Shown: positions 1 to 10,349 of the stretch, one piece after another
Layout of the letters: each line of letters opens with the position of its first letter
Position numbering within the stretch: the stretch's first letter is position 1
Position numbers and translations under genes: made by a program
Notes under the pieces: generated by a model
Told to the model about the DNA's origin: nothing
Seen by the model: only the letters and a program-made list of their open reading frames with translations
The model's database searches: none
Source of the DNA: Mobula hypostoma
Lineage: Eukaryota
Assembly: GCF_963921235.1 (NCBI RefSeq)
Contig: NC_086107.1
Location: 96,040,001 to 96,104,000 of the forward strand
Length of the DNA: 64,000 bases
Direction: 5' to 3'

Positions 1-1681
1 GTGCAGAACACCATGCAAATATCCCCTGAGCACTTGCCACATTTCTGCCATACTGTTCCCAATTTATGCTTCCCTGCCTGATAGCTTCATATTTCCCCTT
101 ACTCTAGTTGAATGCTTCCCTAACTTGTCTGTTCCTATCCCTCTCCAATGCTATGGTAAAGGAGATAGAATTATGATCACTATCTCCAAAATGCCCTCCC
201 ACTGAGAGACCTGACACCTGACCAGGTTCATTTCCCAATACCAGATCAAGTACAGCCTCTGCTCTTGTAGGCTTTTCTACCTGCTGTGTCAGGAAACCTT
301 CCTGAACACACCTAACAAACTCCACCCCATCTAAACCTCTTGCTCTAGGGAGATGCCAATCAATAATGGGGAAATTAAACTCCCCCATCATAACAACCTT
401 GTTATTACTTCACCATTCCAGAATCTGTCTCCCTATCTGTTCCTCGATGTCCCTGTTACAATTGGGTGGTCTATAAAAACACCCAGTAGAGTTATTGACC
501 CCTTTCTGTTTCTAACTTCCACCCACAGAGACTCCGTAGACAATCTCTCCATGACTTCCTCCTTTTCTGCAGCCGTGACACTATCTCTGATCAACAGTGC
601 CGCGCCCCCACCTCTTTTGCCTCCCTCCTTGTCCTTTCTGAAACATCTAAAGCCTGGCACTCCAAGTAGCCATTCCTGCCCCTGAGCCACCCAAGTCTCT
701 GTAATAGCCACAACATCATACCTCCAAGTACTGATCTATGCTCTAAGCTCATCCGCTTTGTTCATGACGCTTTTTGCATAAAAATAGACACATCTCAAAC
801 CATCAGTCTGAGCGCATCCCTTCTCTATCACCTGCCTATTCTCCTCCGCACACTGCCTAAAAGCTTTCCCTATTTGTGAGCTAACTGCCTCTTCCTCCGT
901 CTCTTCAGTTTGGTTCCCACCCCCCAGCAATCCTAGCTTAAACTCTCCCCAATAGCCTTAGCAACCCTCCCTGCCAGGATATTGGTTCCCCCTCACATTC
1001 AAGTGCAACCCGTCCTTTTTGTACAGGTCACACCTGCCCCAAAAGAGGTCCCAATGATCCAGAAATCTGAATCCCTGTCCCCTGCTCCAATCCCTCAGCC
1101 ATGCATTTATCCTCCAACTCACTCTATTCTGATACTCACTGTCATGTGGCACAGGCAGTAATCCCGAGATTACTATCTTTGAGGTGCTGCTTCTCAGCTT
1201 CTTTCGTAACTCCCTGTAGTCTATTTTCAGGACCTCCTCCCTTTTCCTACCTATATCATTGGTACCAATGTGTACCGCGACCTCTGGATGTTCACCTTCC
1301 CACTTCAGGATATCATAGACACGATCAGAAACATCCCAGACCCTGGCATCTGGGAGGCAAATTACCATCCATGTTCCTTTTCCTGCATCCACAGAATTGC
1401 CTGTCTGACCCCCTAACTATGGAGTCCCCTGTCACTGCTGCCATTCTCTTCCTTTCCCAACCCTTCTGAGTCACAGGGCCAGACTGTGTTAGAGGCGCCG
1501 CCACTGTTGCTTCCCCCAGGTAGGTCGTTCCCCCCAACAGTACTCAAACAGGAGTACTTATTGTTAAGGGGGCAGCCATTGGGATACTCTCTAGTATCTG
1601 ACTCTTGCCCTTCCGTCTCCTGTTACTCACTTATCTGTCTCCCCTGGCCCCGGTGTGACTACTTGCCTATAGCTCCTTTCT

Positions 1682-2384
1682 GGGGTGTATGGGGTGTCAG
1701 GGAGGGGTAGCACCTCTGGTAGGGGAACATGTCACCTCCTTTTCAGGCGGTTTGTCCACCTTTGGTCCCCACCTGGCACTCAGCTCTCACCTGTGGCTCC
1801 CCGTAGCTGTTTGCATGCGACAGTGGCGACACCCCGGGCAACAGCCTCGGCAAGCCGGCTAAACCAGGTGAGGGTAGCCGACGGGTCTCAAACCCTCAGT
1901 GAGATAGGGAGTTGTCTATCCCAGCACGTGAAGACAGACTCCGGTGGATTGAGCGAACAAGACCAATGGAAGGTCCAACGGTCAAGAAGGTGGTCTCTGC
2001 AAGCGTTGTGGAACGTGTAGAGCACAAGAAGACACAGAAGATGTCCTGGTCATCCGCCAGGCCTAGTCCCATCTCCAGCTGTCTCATCTCTTGTCCTGCC
2101 ACTGGATCCAGATGGGAATTGAGAAGAGAGAGTGAGGCTGACGCTGCACAACTCTCCCTCACTTAAATCCAAATCAAGCGCTAGTCTCGACACCATCATA
2201 GTCGGCTGGTGGCGCAGTGACTTCAGTGCTGGATTTCGGGGCAAGAGGTCCCGAGTTCGAATCCGGCCGGCTCCTGTGCACGCTGTCCATCCGTGCTGGG
2301 TTGAGTGTCGAGCTAGCAACTCGATCTCATAAAAAGTACTAATGGTGTCGAGGTCTTCATCGATGACGATGGACGAACCTTATA
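1682..2384 (+). mobile_element. Non-autonomous, probably RTE-mobilised retroelement (about 700 bp)
   Basis: Flanked by a 14-bp TSD with one mismatch: tatagctcctttct (1668-1681) and tatagcttctttct (2385-2398). The 3' end (ccctcacttaaatccaaatc..stem-loop..ggacgaac) resembles RTE-type SINE tails. No coding capacity. Confidence 0.7.
2201..2335 (+). mobile_element. tRNA-derived SINE (short) with Pol III A and B boxes
   Basis: A box tggcgcagtga (2210-2220), B box gagttcgaatcc (2253-2264), short A tail at 2331-2335. Confidence 0.75.
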
Positions 2385-2804
2385 TATAGCTTCTTTCTAT
2401 CACCTCCTCACTTTCCCTGACCAGACGAAGGTCATTGAGCTGCATTTCCAGTTCCCTAAGGAGCTGCAGCTCAATGCACCTAGCACAGATGTGACCATAT
2501 GGGAGGCTGGGAGTCTCCCAGACATCCCACATCTGACACCCAGTACAGAACACCGTCTCACAGATGTACTTCCTATTCTTCACAAGTAACTTGACTTGCC
2601 TCGACCCATTATTGTCAAAGCCCCTTTGAGCCAAAGCCCTCCTACTCTGACTCCCTCTACTCTGTCGCCTGCTCCTCTGATGCCTGTACTACAAAGCATT
2701 CTTCTTTTTAAATCCTTCCCACTGGTCAAACTCGCTGACGTCCACGTGCTTGCACAGTCGTGCCTCAATCTTACTGCTTGCAATCCACACAAAAAAGTAC
2801 TTAA

Positions 2805-3410
2805 GGTTACCTACGCTCTGTCCGCCAGAGAAAGCAGGATCTCCCAGTGGCCACACATTTTAATTCCACATCCCATTCCCATTCTGATATGTCTATCCAC
2901 GGCCTCCTCTACTGTAAAGATGAAGCCACACTCAGGTTGGAGGAACAACGCCTTATATTCTGTCTGGGTAGCCTCCAACTTGATGGCATGAACATCGACT
3001 TCTCTAACTTCCGCTAATGCCCCACCTCCCCCTCGTACCCCATCCGTTATTTATATACACACATTCTTTCTCTCTCTCTCCTTTTTTCTCCCTCTGTCCC
3101 TCTGACTATACCCCTTGCCCATCCTCTGGGTTTCCCCCCTCTCCCCCTTTTCCTTCTCCCTGGGCCTCCTGTCCCAAGATCCTCTCATATCCCTTTTGCC
3201 AATCACCTGTCCAGCTCTTGGCTCCATCCCTCCTGCTCCTGTCTTCTCCTATCATTTTGGATCTCCCCCTCCCCCTTTCAAATCTCTTACTAGCTCTTCC
3301 TTCAGTTAGTCCTGACGAAGGGTCTCGGCCCAAAACGTCGACTGCACCTCTTCCTAGAGATGCTGCCTGGCCTGCTGCGTTCACCGGCAACTTTGATGTG
3401 TGTTGCTTGA
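2805..3410 (+). mobile_element. Penelope-like element 3' end (GIY-YIG C-terminus, pyrimidine-rich UTR, hammerhead)
   Basis: Plus-strand translation VATHFNSTSHSHSDMSIHGLLYCKDEATLRLEEQRLIFCLGSLQLDGMNIDFSNFR* is typical of the PLE endonuclease tail, followed by a hammerhead motif. Confidence 0.85.
3307..3343 (+). ncRNA. Minimal hammerhead ribozyme relic (PLE-associated); GAAA mutated to AAAA
   Basis: agtc-CTGACGA-aGGGTCtcGGCCC-aaaa-cgtc-gact: CUGANGA core, stem II and flanking stem. Confidence 0.75.
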
Positions 3411-3599
3411 AGGTTAATTATAAGCTTCCAGAACTTACCTACTTTTATAATAAGAACTGAAGCCTGTTTTCTTGACATTCTTGTTTGAATTAATATTTGC
3501 TTTATTCACATAGTCCAGAATACTCCCTAACAGTGACCACCTCCAACAGTGGAGAGGTACAGCAGTTCACACTCTTGCATGACGATTGGGTCTGCCATT

Positions 3600-4010
3600 G
3601 ACCATAGAGCCTCACACTCTGCAAACAGGAAGCCCTTTGACCCTAGGGACCAAGCTGCTGACCTGAGCTAGTCCTATTTACATGCAATCCATCCATATCT
3701 CACTAAACCTGTTCTACCCACGTACTTGTCCAGATGTCTCTTAAACTTCATCACTGCACCCACTGTTACCACTTTCTCTGCCACCTTGTTCCATATCTGT
3801 ACCACTCTTGGTTTTCCTTGTTAAAAAAAACTCCTCTCACCTTAAACTTGTACCATCTGGATTTAGGTTCAACGATCAGAGAATGTCTGTGTCATTTATC
3901 TATGCCGTTTATAATTTATAAACTATCAGAGAATGTCTGTGTTGTTTATCTATGCCATTTATAATTTATAAACCTTCATCAGGTCACACTCCAGCCCTCA
4001 ATTTCTCTCC
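3600..4010 (-). mobile_element. Old CR1 3'-end fragment containing a 50-bp tandem duplication (about 3875-3974)
   Basis: Resembles the reverse complement of CR1 ORF2 end/3' UTR. atcagagaatgtctgtg..ataatttataaac occurs twice with period 50. Confidence 0.55.
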
Positions 4011-4339
4011 CTTTTCACTTCTCCTGATCTACTGAGTTGTTTCTGTAGCCACCCCAGACTCTTCACCCACTTGTCCTGCCCATTGCCAACCCACTCCTTC
4101 CCTCTCCTGACTCTCCCAATCTGTTCACCCCACCTCCCCAATTAGTTTCATGCTCCATCCTCCTTTCCTATCAGGTTCCGTCATCTGCAGACCGTTGTCA
4201 CCTTTCACCTTCCAGTCTATATTGTGTTTTCTATTCTTCCCTCCTCCGCCTATCTATCACTCCTCCTAAATGGACTCAGCTGTCACTAATGTAGCTCCTG
4301 CTTCACCCCTTCCTTCACATCTTTATATTGTCTATGCCC

Positions 4340-5218
4340 TGTTACGTACCCCGTAACTGGGTTGCCAAACCAGCAGAAATGGATCACTCAGTTGGAGTCT
4401 GGAGTACTAGAACTAAGAAAGTTTTATTAAAGAAACAAGCAACACAGTAATCGAAAGGATAATAAATGCAACAATTCAACAATGATAACCACACATGTGC
4501 ACAGAATTAAGATAACAGCATCAATCAAGCTCTATCGTTGTCTAGGGGTTAAATGACCAATTTCAAAATGACTCAAAGTTCAGTCCAGTTTGTAGTTCAG
4601 TTCGCAGTAATCGTTGCCATGGCGATGGACAAGGTGGGGGAAGAGAGAGATAGAATAGGAACAACTCATCATTCAGAACGGCTTCACTCACAGACCAGCA
4701 AGATGGCTCACAGACCAGCGAGATGGCTCACAACCAGCTTTTGGGCGGGTCCTTGGTGATGTCACCTGAGGTCACCGACTGTGACCCCTCCTCCAGATGC
4801 GGTCGATCCTCTGCAGTGAACCCGGCACCCAGGCAAGGGCGGACACACACCGGGTTCCCGCTGATCGTACCTTTCCACCCTGTGCGTTGTCCGATACTTC
4901 TCACCACTCGTGAGAGGCGCACCGCTTCCAGGGTCTCGTTACCTCGGGTGGCGTGTGTGTCTGTCTTAGCGAACCTGTCCCTTTTTATCCCCCTGCTGGG
5001 GTATCGCCTGTCCATCACTTCAAACAGTTCAGGGCTCAAAGGGGGGAGCCGCTCCAGACAGCTCTTCCTCCCACATCCCTTCATTACACATCTCCAGACG
5101 CTGCTCCATTGTTCCTTATCTCTCCTTCCCCTGAGGGCAGGTGGCAGACCAACTGCTGATGCCACTGATGCTAGCCCAGGCCAGCAAACATCTTAATTTT
5201 ATGTGTATTCTCATAACA
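4340..5218 (-). repeat. 3' LTR of the Gmr1-like element
   Basis: Direct repeat of 8256-9134; contains a 20-bp internal tandem duplication cagaccagc(a/g)agatggctca. Confidence 0.95.
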
Positions 5219-5390
5219 CTTCCCCCCTTTAAGGATTTTTACCGGGAGGTAAAAATTACAAACATGACTACATTATCTGATACATACACAATATACATCT
5301 TTAACAGTTATTTAGCTAATACAGAGAATTTGAAGCTGTCAATACCTTGACAGACAGTCATCACATTTTCTGTTCCTTTTACACGTGTTA

Positions 5391-8156
5391 TTAATAATCC
5401 CTTAGACCAGGCTCCAACTCAGCAAACTTCATAGTGGCCAAAAACACTGATGAATTGCGACCAATGTAACCTCTCATTTGGTTTTGTCCCGGACCACAAC
5501 AACAAGGGTCGTCCCATTCCGACTCAATTTTCCCTCGCAAGGGCTTAGTAGGAGGGGGACGGGTATTGACCGCAGAGTTATTGCAAAACTTCCTGCAGTA
5601 CCCCACCATCTCCAAAAGCCTTCTGAGGGCCCTCTTGTATGTCGGGGTTGGGAGGTCAGCGATAGCCTGCACTGTAGCTTGCATCACTGCCAGCTGCCCC
5701 TGTGTCACCACAATTCCCAGGTAAGTGACATTCGTGTGGCCGAATTCATTTTTTCCAAGGTTCACTATCAAGCTGGCTTCAGACAGCCGTGTTAAATTGC
5801 CAATACACACCTCTGTGTTCATCAGCCCTTTAGTCACTGAATTACTCAAAAAATATGGGTGTTGTTTACTTGGCCGCCCTATTGTAACCACAATCACCCA
5901 ACGTCCCAGTTCTTTGCATTTCCTCGGGACAATCAAACACATGGGTGCGAGTCGTTTAATTACTCCTTCGGGGATTAAGGGAGAGACCTTATCAGTAGAC
6001 CTGGCCAAAACAATAGCCTTCTCCCATCTGACCGATCCCATCCTAATCTTTTCAAAATGGTTTTTTCCTCTTATCAAGGGGCCCCTAGCTTCATTGATTT
6101 CCACGCTAACACCGACTAGGTTTGTTAGCATATCAAAAGCCGGTGACCGTCTCAGTTCGCGTCGGTCATGATCAATAACATTTTTCCCCCTGGGCAGCCG
6201 GTAACTCTCTTTCATGATTCCACCAACTGTTTCCTCCAGCACCGCAAAATGTCCACCGGGGGGTACCTCGTGGGCCATGTTAAAAACCTCATCCCCATAA
6301 CTCTTTTGCACCACCCCCCACTCCTCATCTGCGGATGCTGTACTTGATTTCCCTTTCTTCCTTAGCACCTCCTCATCCGCACAATAGCTTGTCAAGGCTG
6401 TGTCAGAGAGAGCTGTCTCGGCCAAAACCATCAGCCCCTCGTCTCGCTCCTGCGTCTGCACAAATTCTTTCCTGGCTACTGCTACGTCCGTCCCAGCTCC
6501 CTCACTACCTCTTATCTCACTACACCCTGTCTCATACAAGGTTGGCAGAAATGTTTCAGCCAAATTCACCATCGCGGGCGGGGCCTCCATGCTGGCAGGC
6601 TGACCCGTCAATCTCACGACTGGGAACACGATTCCTCCGGCGATGTCATTACCGAGCAAGACTTCCACGTCTTTCATCGGTAATTCGGACCTCACCCCGA
6701 TCGTGACTAGTCCAGAGACCAGGTTGCTCTGTAAATGTATCTGGTGCAAAGGGACTGACTCTGTCCCTTCCCCAACACCTTTGACCTCTACCTCCCCAAT
6801 CTGGGTCTCTGAGCTAAACTCTAATACACTCTTCAGTATTAGTGACTGACACGCTCCCGTGTCTCTCCAGATCCGCACTGGAACTGGTTTTAACCTCTCC
6901 TTCACTGACACCAGTCCGGCCGAGATAAACCTCTCGCGCCCTTCCTGGACTTTTTCAGACCTGTCCTTCCCTAGCGGTTCGCTTAACAGCTCAATACAGC
7001 CATTCAAAATTTCCGCTTTTCCTTTCCCCGTCTCCTTCCTTGGGGCAAAGCACCTGGACGCAAAGTGTCCGACTTTCCCACAATTATAACAGACGACCCC
7101 AGGAGACTTCCCACCAGACTGCTCCCGGTCTACCTTATCCTTTTCACTAGTCCCCGGCTTACTTTCTGACTTTTCCGGTGGACTCTCCCCGCCGTCCTGA
7201 CTACCCTTCTGGTAGCCTTTACTCGGGGCAACCTTCATTTTATGCGTCAACGCATACTCATCCGCTAACTTAGCAGTTGCGGCTAACGTGGCTGCCTCTT
7301 TCTCATCGAGGTAGGGTCTCATACCCTCAGGGACACAACCTTTAAACTGCTCAATCAGAACCAGTTGCAGCAGTCTGTCATAATCCCCCTCTACCCCTTT
7401 CGAGGCGCACCAACGCTCACAATATGTTTGCATCTCGCGAGCAAACTCCAAATACGTGCGGTCCCACCGCTTCCTCGCATTCCGGAACCTCTGCCGGTAT
7501 GCCTCCGGGACCAACTCATAAGTCCTGAGGATGGCCTCCTTCACCACCTCATACTTCTGGGCATCTTCCGCGGATAAAGCGGAGTAAGCTTGTTGGGCTT
7601 TCCCTTTCAGTACACTCTGAAGTAAGACAACCCACTTATCCCTCGGCCAGTCCTGACTTATAGCTACTTTTTCGAAGTGGAGAAAGTACCGATCCACATC
7701 GGTATCGTCAAATGGGGGAACCAGCCTAACCTCCTGGGTCGCCCGGAACCCTCCACCTTGGTTCGGCACGAGCCCCTGCTCGGCCCTTATCTTTAACTTC
7801 TCCAGCTCAAATTCCCTTTCCCTCTGTTTCTCTTCTCTCTCCATCTGTCTGTCCCTCTCTTTCTCTTCGTGTTCTAACTGCCGTACCCGGAACTCGTGCT
7901 CGAGTCTCAGTTTTTCAAGCTGTACCTGTACCGCGTCTCCAGCAGGTTTTTCAATAGACACCTCCCCCAGCTCACCTTGGGGAAACACACCTTTAGATAC
8001 ATAGTGCTCTACAATAGCTCTGTGTATCTCCTCTCTCCTCATTGTCGACTTCACCTTAGCAAGATTCACCCGTTTTGCCACAGCTATCAATTCCGATTTC
8101 CTGGCATCCTCTAATGCCTCCAAGGTCGGCGCCTTTATAAATTCCTCAACCTCCAT
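5391..8156 (-). CDS. 921-aa Gag (SCAN-like capsid, CCHC knuckle)-protease polyprotein with vestigial IN, RT and RNase H segments
   Basis: Uninterrupted ORF. Motifs: EQFKGCVP..LADEY, CYNCGKVGHFASRC, WRDTGACQS, AHEVPPGGH (IN zinc finger start), VTYLGIVV..VGYCRKF (RT C-terminal part), YIGRNSSVFLATMK (RNase H remnant). No YxDD or DDE core. Confidence 0.9.
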   Translation of the reverse strand: MEVEEFIKAPTLEALEDARKSELIAVAKRVNLAKVKSTMRREEIHRAIVEHYVSKGVFPQGELGEVSIEKPAGDAVQVQLEKLRLEHEFRVRQLEHEEKERDRQMEREEKQREREFELEKLKIRAEQGLVPNQGGGFRATQEVRLVPPFDDTDVDRYFLHFEKVAISQDWPRDKWVVLLQSVLKGKAQQAYSALSAEDAQKYEVVKEAILRTYELVPEAYRQRFRNARKRWDRTYLEFAREMQTYCERWCASKGVEGDYDRLLQLVLIEQFKGCVPEGMRPYLDEKEAATLAATAKLADEYALTHKMKVAPSKGYQKGSQDGGESPPEKSESKPGTSEKDKVDREQSGGKSPGVVCYNCGKVGHFASRCFAPRKETGKGKAEILNGCIELLSEPLGKDRSEKVQEGRERFISAGLVSVKERLKPVPVRIWRDTGACQSLILKSVLEFSSETQIGEVEVKGVGEGTESVPLHQIHLQSNLVSGLVTIGVRSELPMKDVEVLLGNDIAGGIVFPVVRLTGQPASMEAPPAMVNLAETFLPTLYETGCSEIRGSEGAGTDVAVARKEFVQTQERDEGLMVLAETALSDTALTSYCADEEVLRKKGKSSTASADEEWGVVQKSYGDEVFNMAHEVPPGGHFAVLEETVGGIMKESYRLPRGKNVIDHDRRELRRSPAFDMLTNLVGVSVEINEARGPLIRGKNHFEKIRMGSVRWEKAIVLARSTDKVSPLIPEGVIKRLAPMCLIVPRKCKELGRWVIVVTIGRPSKQHPYFLSNSVTKGLMNTEVCIGNLTRLSEASLIVNLGKNEFGHTNVTYLGIVVTQGQLAVMQATVQAIADLPTPTYKRALRRLLEMVGYCRKFCNNSAVNTRPPPTKPLRGKIESEWDDPCCCGPGQNQMRGYIGRNSSVFLATMKFAELEPGLRDY

Positions 8157-8255
8157 TTCTGCTGTTTGTCTTTTCTTTCTTTCGGGAATTTTAACCCAAT
8201 CAATTTACTCCGTCCCAAATTTAGCGTTCAAAATCGCGGACGAGAACCCCACTTA

Positions 8256-9134
8256 TGTTACGTACCCCGTAACTGGGTTGCCAAACCAGCAGAAATGGAT
8301 CACTCAGTTGGAGTCTGGAGTACTAGAACTAAGAAAGTTTTATTAAAGAAACAAGCAACACAGTAATCGAAAGGATAATAAATGCAACAATTCAACAATG
8401 ATAACCACACATGTGCACAGAATTAAGATAACAGCATCAATCAAGCTCTATCGTTGTCTAGGGGTTAAATGACCAATTTCAAAATGACTCAAAGTTCAGT
8501 CCAGTTTGTAGTTCAGTTCGCAGTAATCGTTGCCATGGCGATGGACAAGGTGGGGGAAGAGAGAGATAGAATAGGAACAACTCATCATTCAGAACGGCTT
8601 CACTCACAGACCAGCAAGATGGCTCACAGACCAGCGAGATGGCTCACAACCAGCTTTTGGGCGGGTCCTTGGTGATGTCACCTGAGGTCACCGACTGTGA
8701 CCCCTCCTCCAGATGCGGTCGATCCTCTGCAGTGAACCCGGCACCCAGGCAAGGGCGGACACACACCGGGTTCCCGCTGATCGTACCTTTCCACCCTGTG
8801 CGTTGTCCGATACTTCTCACCACTCGTGAGAGGCGCACCGCTTCCAGGGTCTCGTTACCTCGGGTGGCGTGTGTGTCTGTCTTAGCGAACCTGTCCCTTT
8901 TTATCCCCCTGCTGGGGTATCGCCTGTCCATCACTTCAAACAGTTCAGGGCTCAAAGGGGGGAGCCGCTCCAGACAGCTCTTCCTCCCACATCCCTTCAT
9001 TACACATCTCCAGACGCTGCTCCATTGTTCCTTATCTCTCCTTCCCCTGAGGGCAGGTGGCAGACCAACTGCTGATGCCACTGATGCTAGCCCAGGCCAG
9101 CAAACATCTTAATTTTATGTGTATTCTCGTAACA
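8256..9134 (-). repeat. 5' LTR of the Gmr1-like element
   Basis: Direct repeat of 4340-5218, followed on the minus strand by PBS tggggttctcgtccgcgat. Confidence 0.95.
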
Positions 9135-9147
9135 GCCCCCTTACCCG

Positions 9148-9186
9148 TCAGTCCAGATGAAGGGTCTGGACCCAAAACATTAACTG
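9148..9186 (+). ncRNA. Degenerate PLE hammerhead relic
   Basis: cagtc-cagatga-agggtctggaccc-aaaacatt; same layout as 3307-3343, with both core boxes mutated. Confidence 0.55.
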
Positions 9187-9224
9187 CCCACCTCTTTCCA
9201 CAGATGTTGCAGCATATTGACTAT

Positions 9225-9818
9225 AAGGTCCCCAAGGTTGGCATTGCTGGGGGAGGTAGTGGTGATATACTCCCACTACCTATTAAATGCTCCTAGTGGC
9301 GTGCATCTCAAATAGCCTCTGATAACCAAAGTCCAGCTCCTGGGCTTCATGTGTGGCTGAGCCACTAAGCCCAGCAGAACCATTCCTACTGACAAGAGAA
9401 GGGGAAAAAGCATGTTACTGGCACCTTAAAACCAGTCCCTTCAGGCAGATGGGGCTTGTCAGCCATGGTTGGCAGCTTATCTAGGAGAAGGAAAATTCTG
9501 ATCTCAAACCTCCATTGCTTTGTGACTATACCCACTCATGGGGAAGGCTTTTGGGGTAAACCCCAAGGATAAATCTGGAGCTGGAACCCCTGAGGCAGCT
9601 CTACGTTGAGTTCAACGCTGACTGGCAACTCCTGCAACGCCACCAGTAACAAACTGAATCGGTCTCTGCCATTCCTTTGAATTAATCAGCTGCACCGAGA
9701 GGGGAAGCCTGCTGCATGGGCAACAGCTTGCTCTCCATATCGTACTGCCCTGACTTGCTTATCACATAGATAGCTAGGATGCAATGTCCTTGGTCACCCC
9801 CGACCAAAGGGGAGCTCA
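9225..9818 (+). mobile_element. Non-autonomous element with an RTE-type 5' UTR
   Basis: Contains ggcagcttatctaggagaaggaaaattctgatctcaaacc, a motif I recognise from RTE/BovB-like 5' UTRs. No ORF. Confidence 0.55.
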
Positions 9819-9819
9819 A

Positions 9820-10280
9820 ATTGACTGCAGCACACAGTATTTAAGGTCAATCCAACTGTTGTGATGAATGTCCTGTCTGATGAAAACAAGCAGGTCATAC
9901 AAGCTTCTCACCATCTTGTCTATCTGTCTCAGCACTTCCATGTAACTGTATACTTGTACACCTAGATTCTTCTCTTGGACAACACTTCCCAAAGCCCTAC
10001 CATTCATTGTGTATGCTGTGTTCTGGTTTAACTTCACTAAATATATCCCCTGATGCTGTTAAATTCTATCTGCCATTCCTTTGCCCAATTTTCCAATTTA
10101 TAAAGATCCAATTCTAATTGTAGACTTTTTTTTCACTGACACACCAATTATTTTGTTGTTGTCCACAAACTCACCAGTTTAGGCCACTTAGATTTGCATG
10201 CAAATTGTTAATATGGCAACTAGGAAACCCAGCACTGATCACAGGACTTCAATCGGATTAACAACCATCCTCCGTCTCTC
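9820..10280 (-). mobile_element. Old CR1 ORF2 (RT C-terminal) fragment
   Basis: YTMNGRALGSVVQEKNLGVQV..LKYCV matches the CR1 segment YKVNGRILGSVEEQRDLGVHV..LEYCVQ. Confidence 0.8.
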
Positions 10281-10349
10281 TCTAACTTCCAACCCTGAAC
10301 CCCATGTGAGCTCAGCTCATGAACCAGCCTTGCTCGCCATTGCTTGAGG

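Larger units (their letters stand above)
1..2790 (-). mobile_element. CR1-clade LINE, 5' portion (ORF1 zinc finger + SGNH esterase, ORF2 endonuclease), degraded; split by an insertion at 1682-2384
   Basis: Minus-strand ORF pieces GDSIVRG, HIGTNDIG, DGLHLN (esterase), AITETW, GGGAAL, GDSDHNSI (APE endonuclease) and CTGC..HICARC (zinc finger). Homologous to the CR1 at 31.5-35.8 kb. Confidence 0.93.
4340..9134 (-). mobile_element. Gmr1-like Gypsy LTR retrotransposon, non-autonomous (internally deleted pol), very young
   Basis: 879-bp LTRs at 4340-5218 and 8256-9134 (TG..CA), essentially identical. 4-bp TSD gccc (4336-4339, 9135-9138). PPT aaaggggggaag next to 5218. tRNA-Pro-like PBS next to 8256. 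Inserted into an old Penelope remnant. Confidence 0.95.

Noticed and set aside
2201..2275. tRNA gene
   Set aside because: A and B boxes are present, but the cloverleaf stems are imperfect and it continues into a SINE body with an A tail.
4553..5196. ORFs of 145-157 aa repeated at 4.7, 8.6 and 61 kb
   Set aside because: They lie inside LTR copies, have no recognisable domain, and change frame in the third copy.
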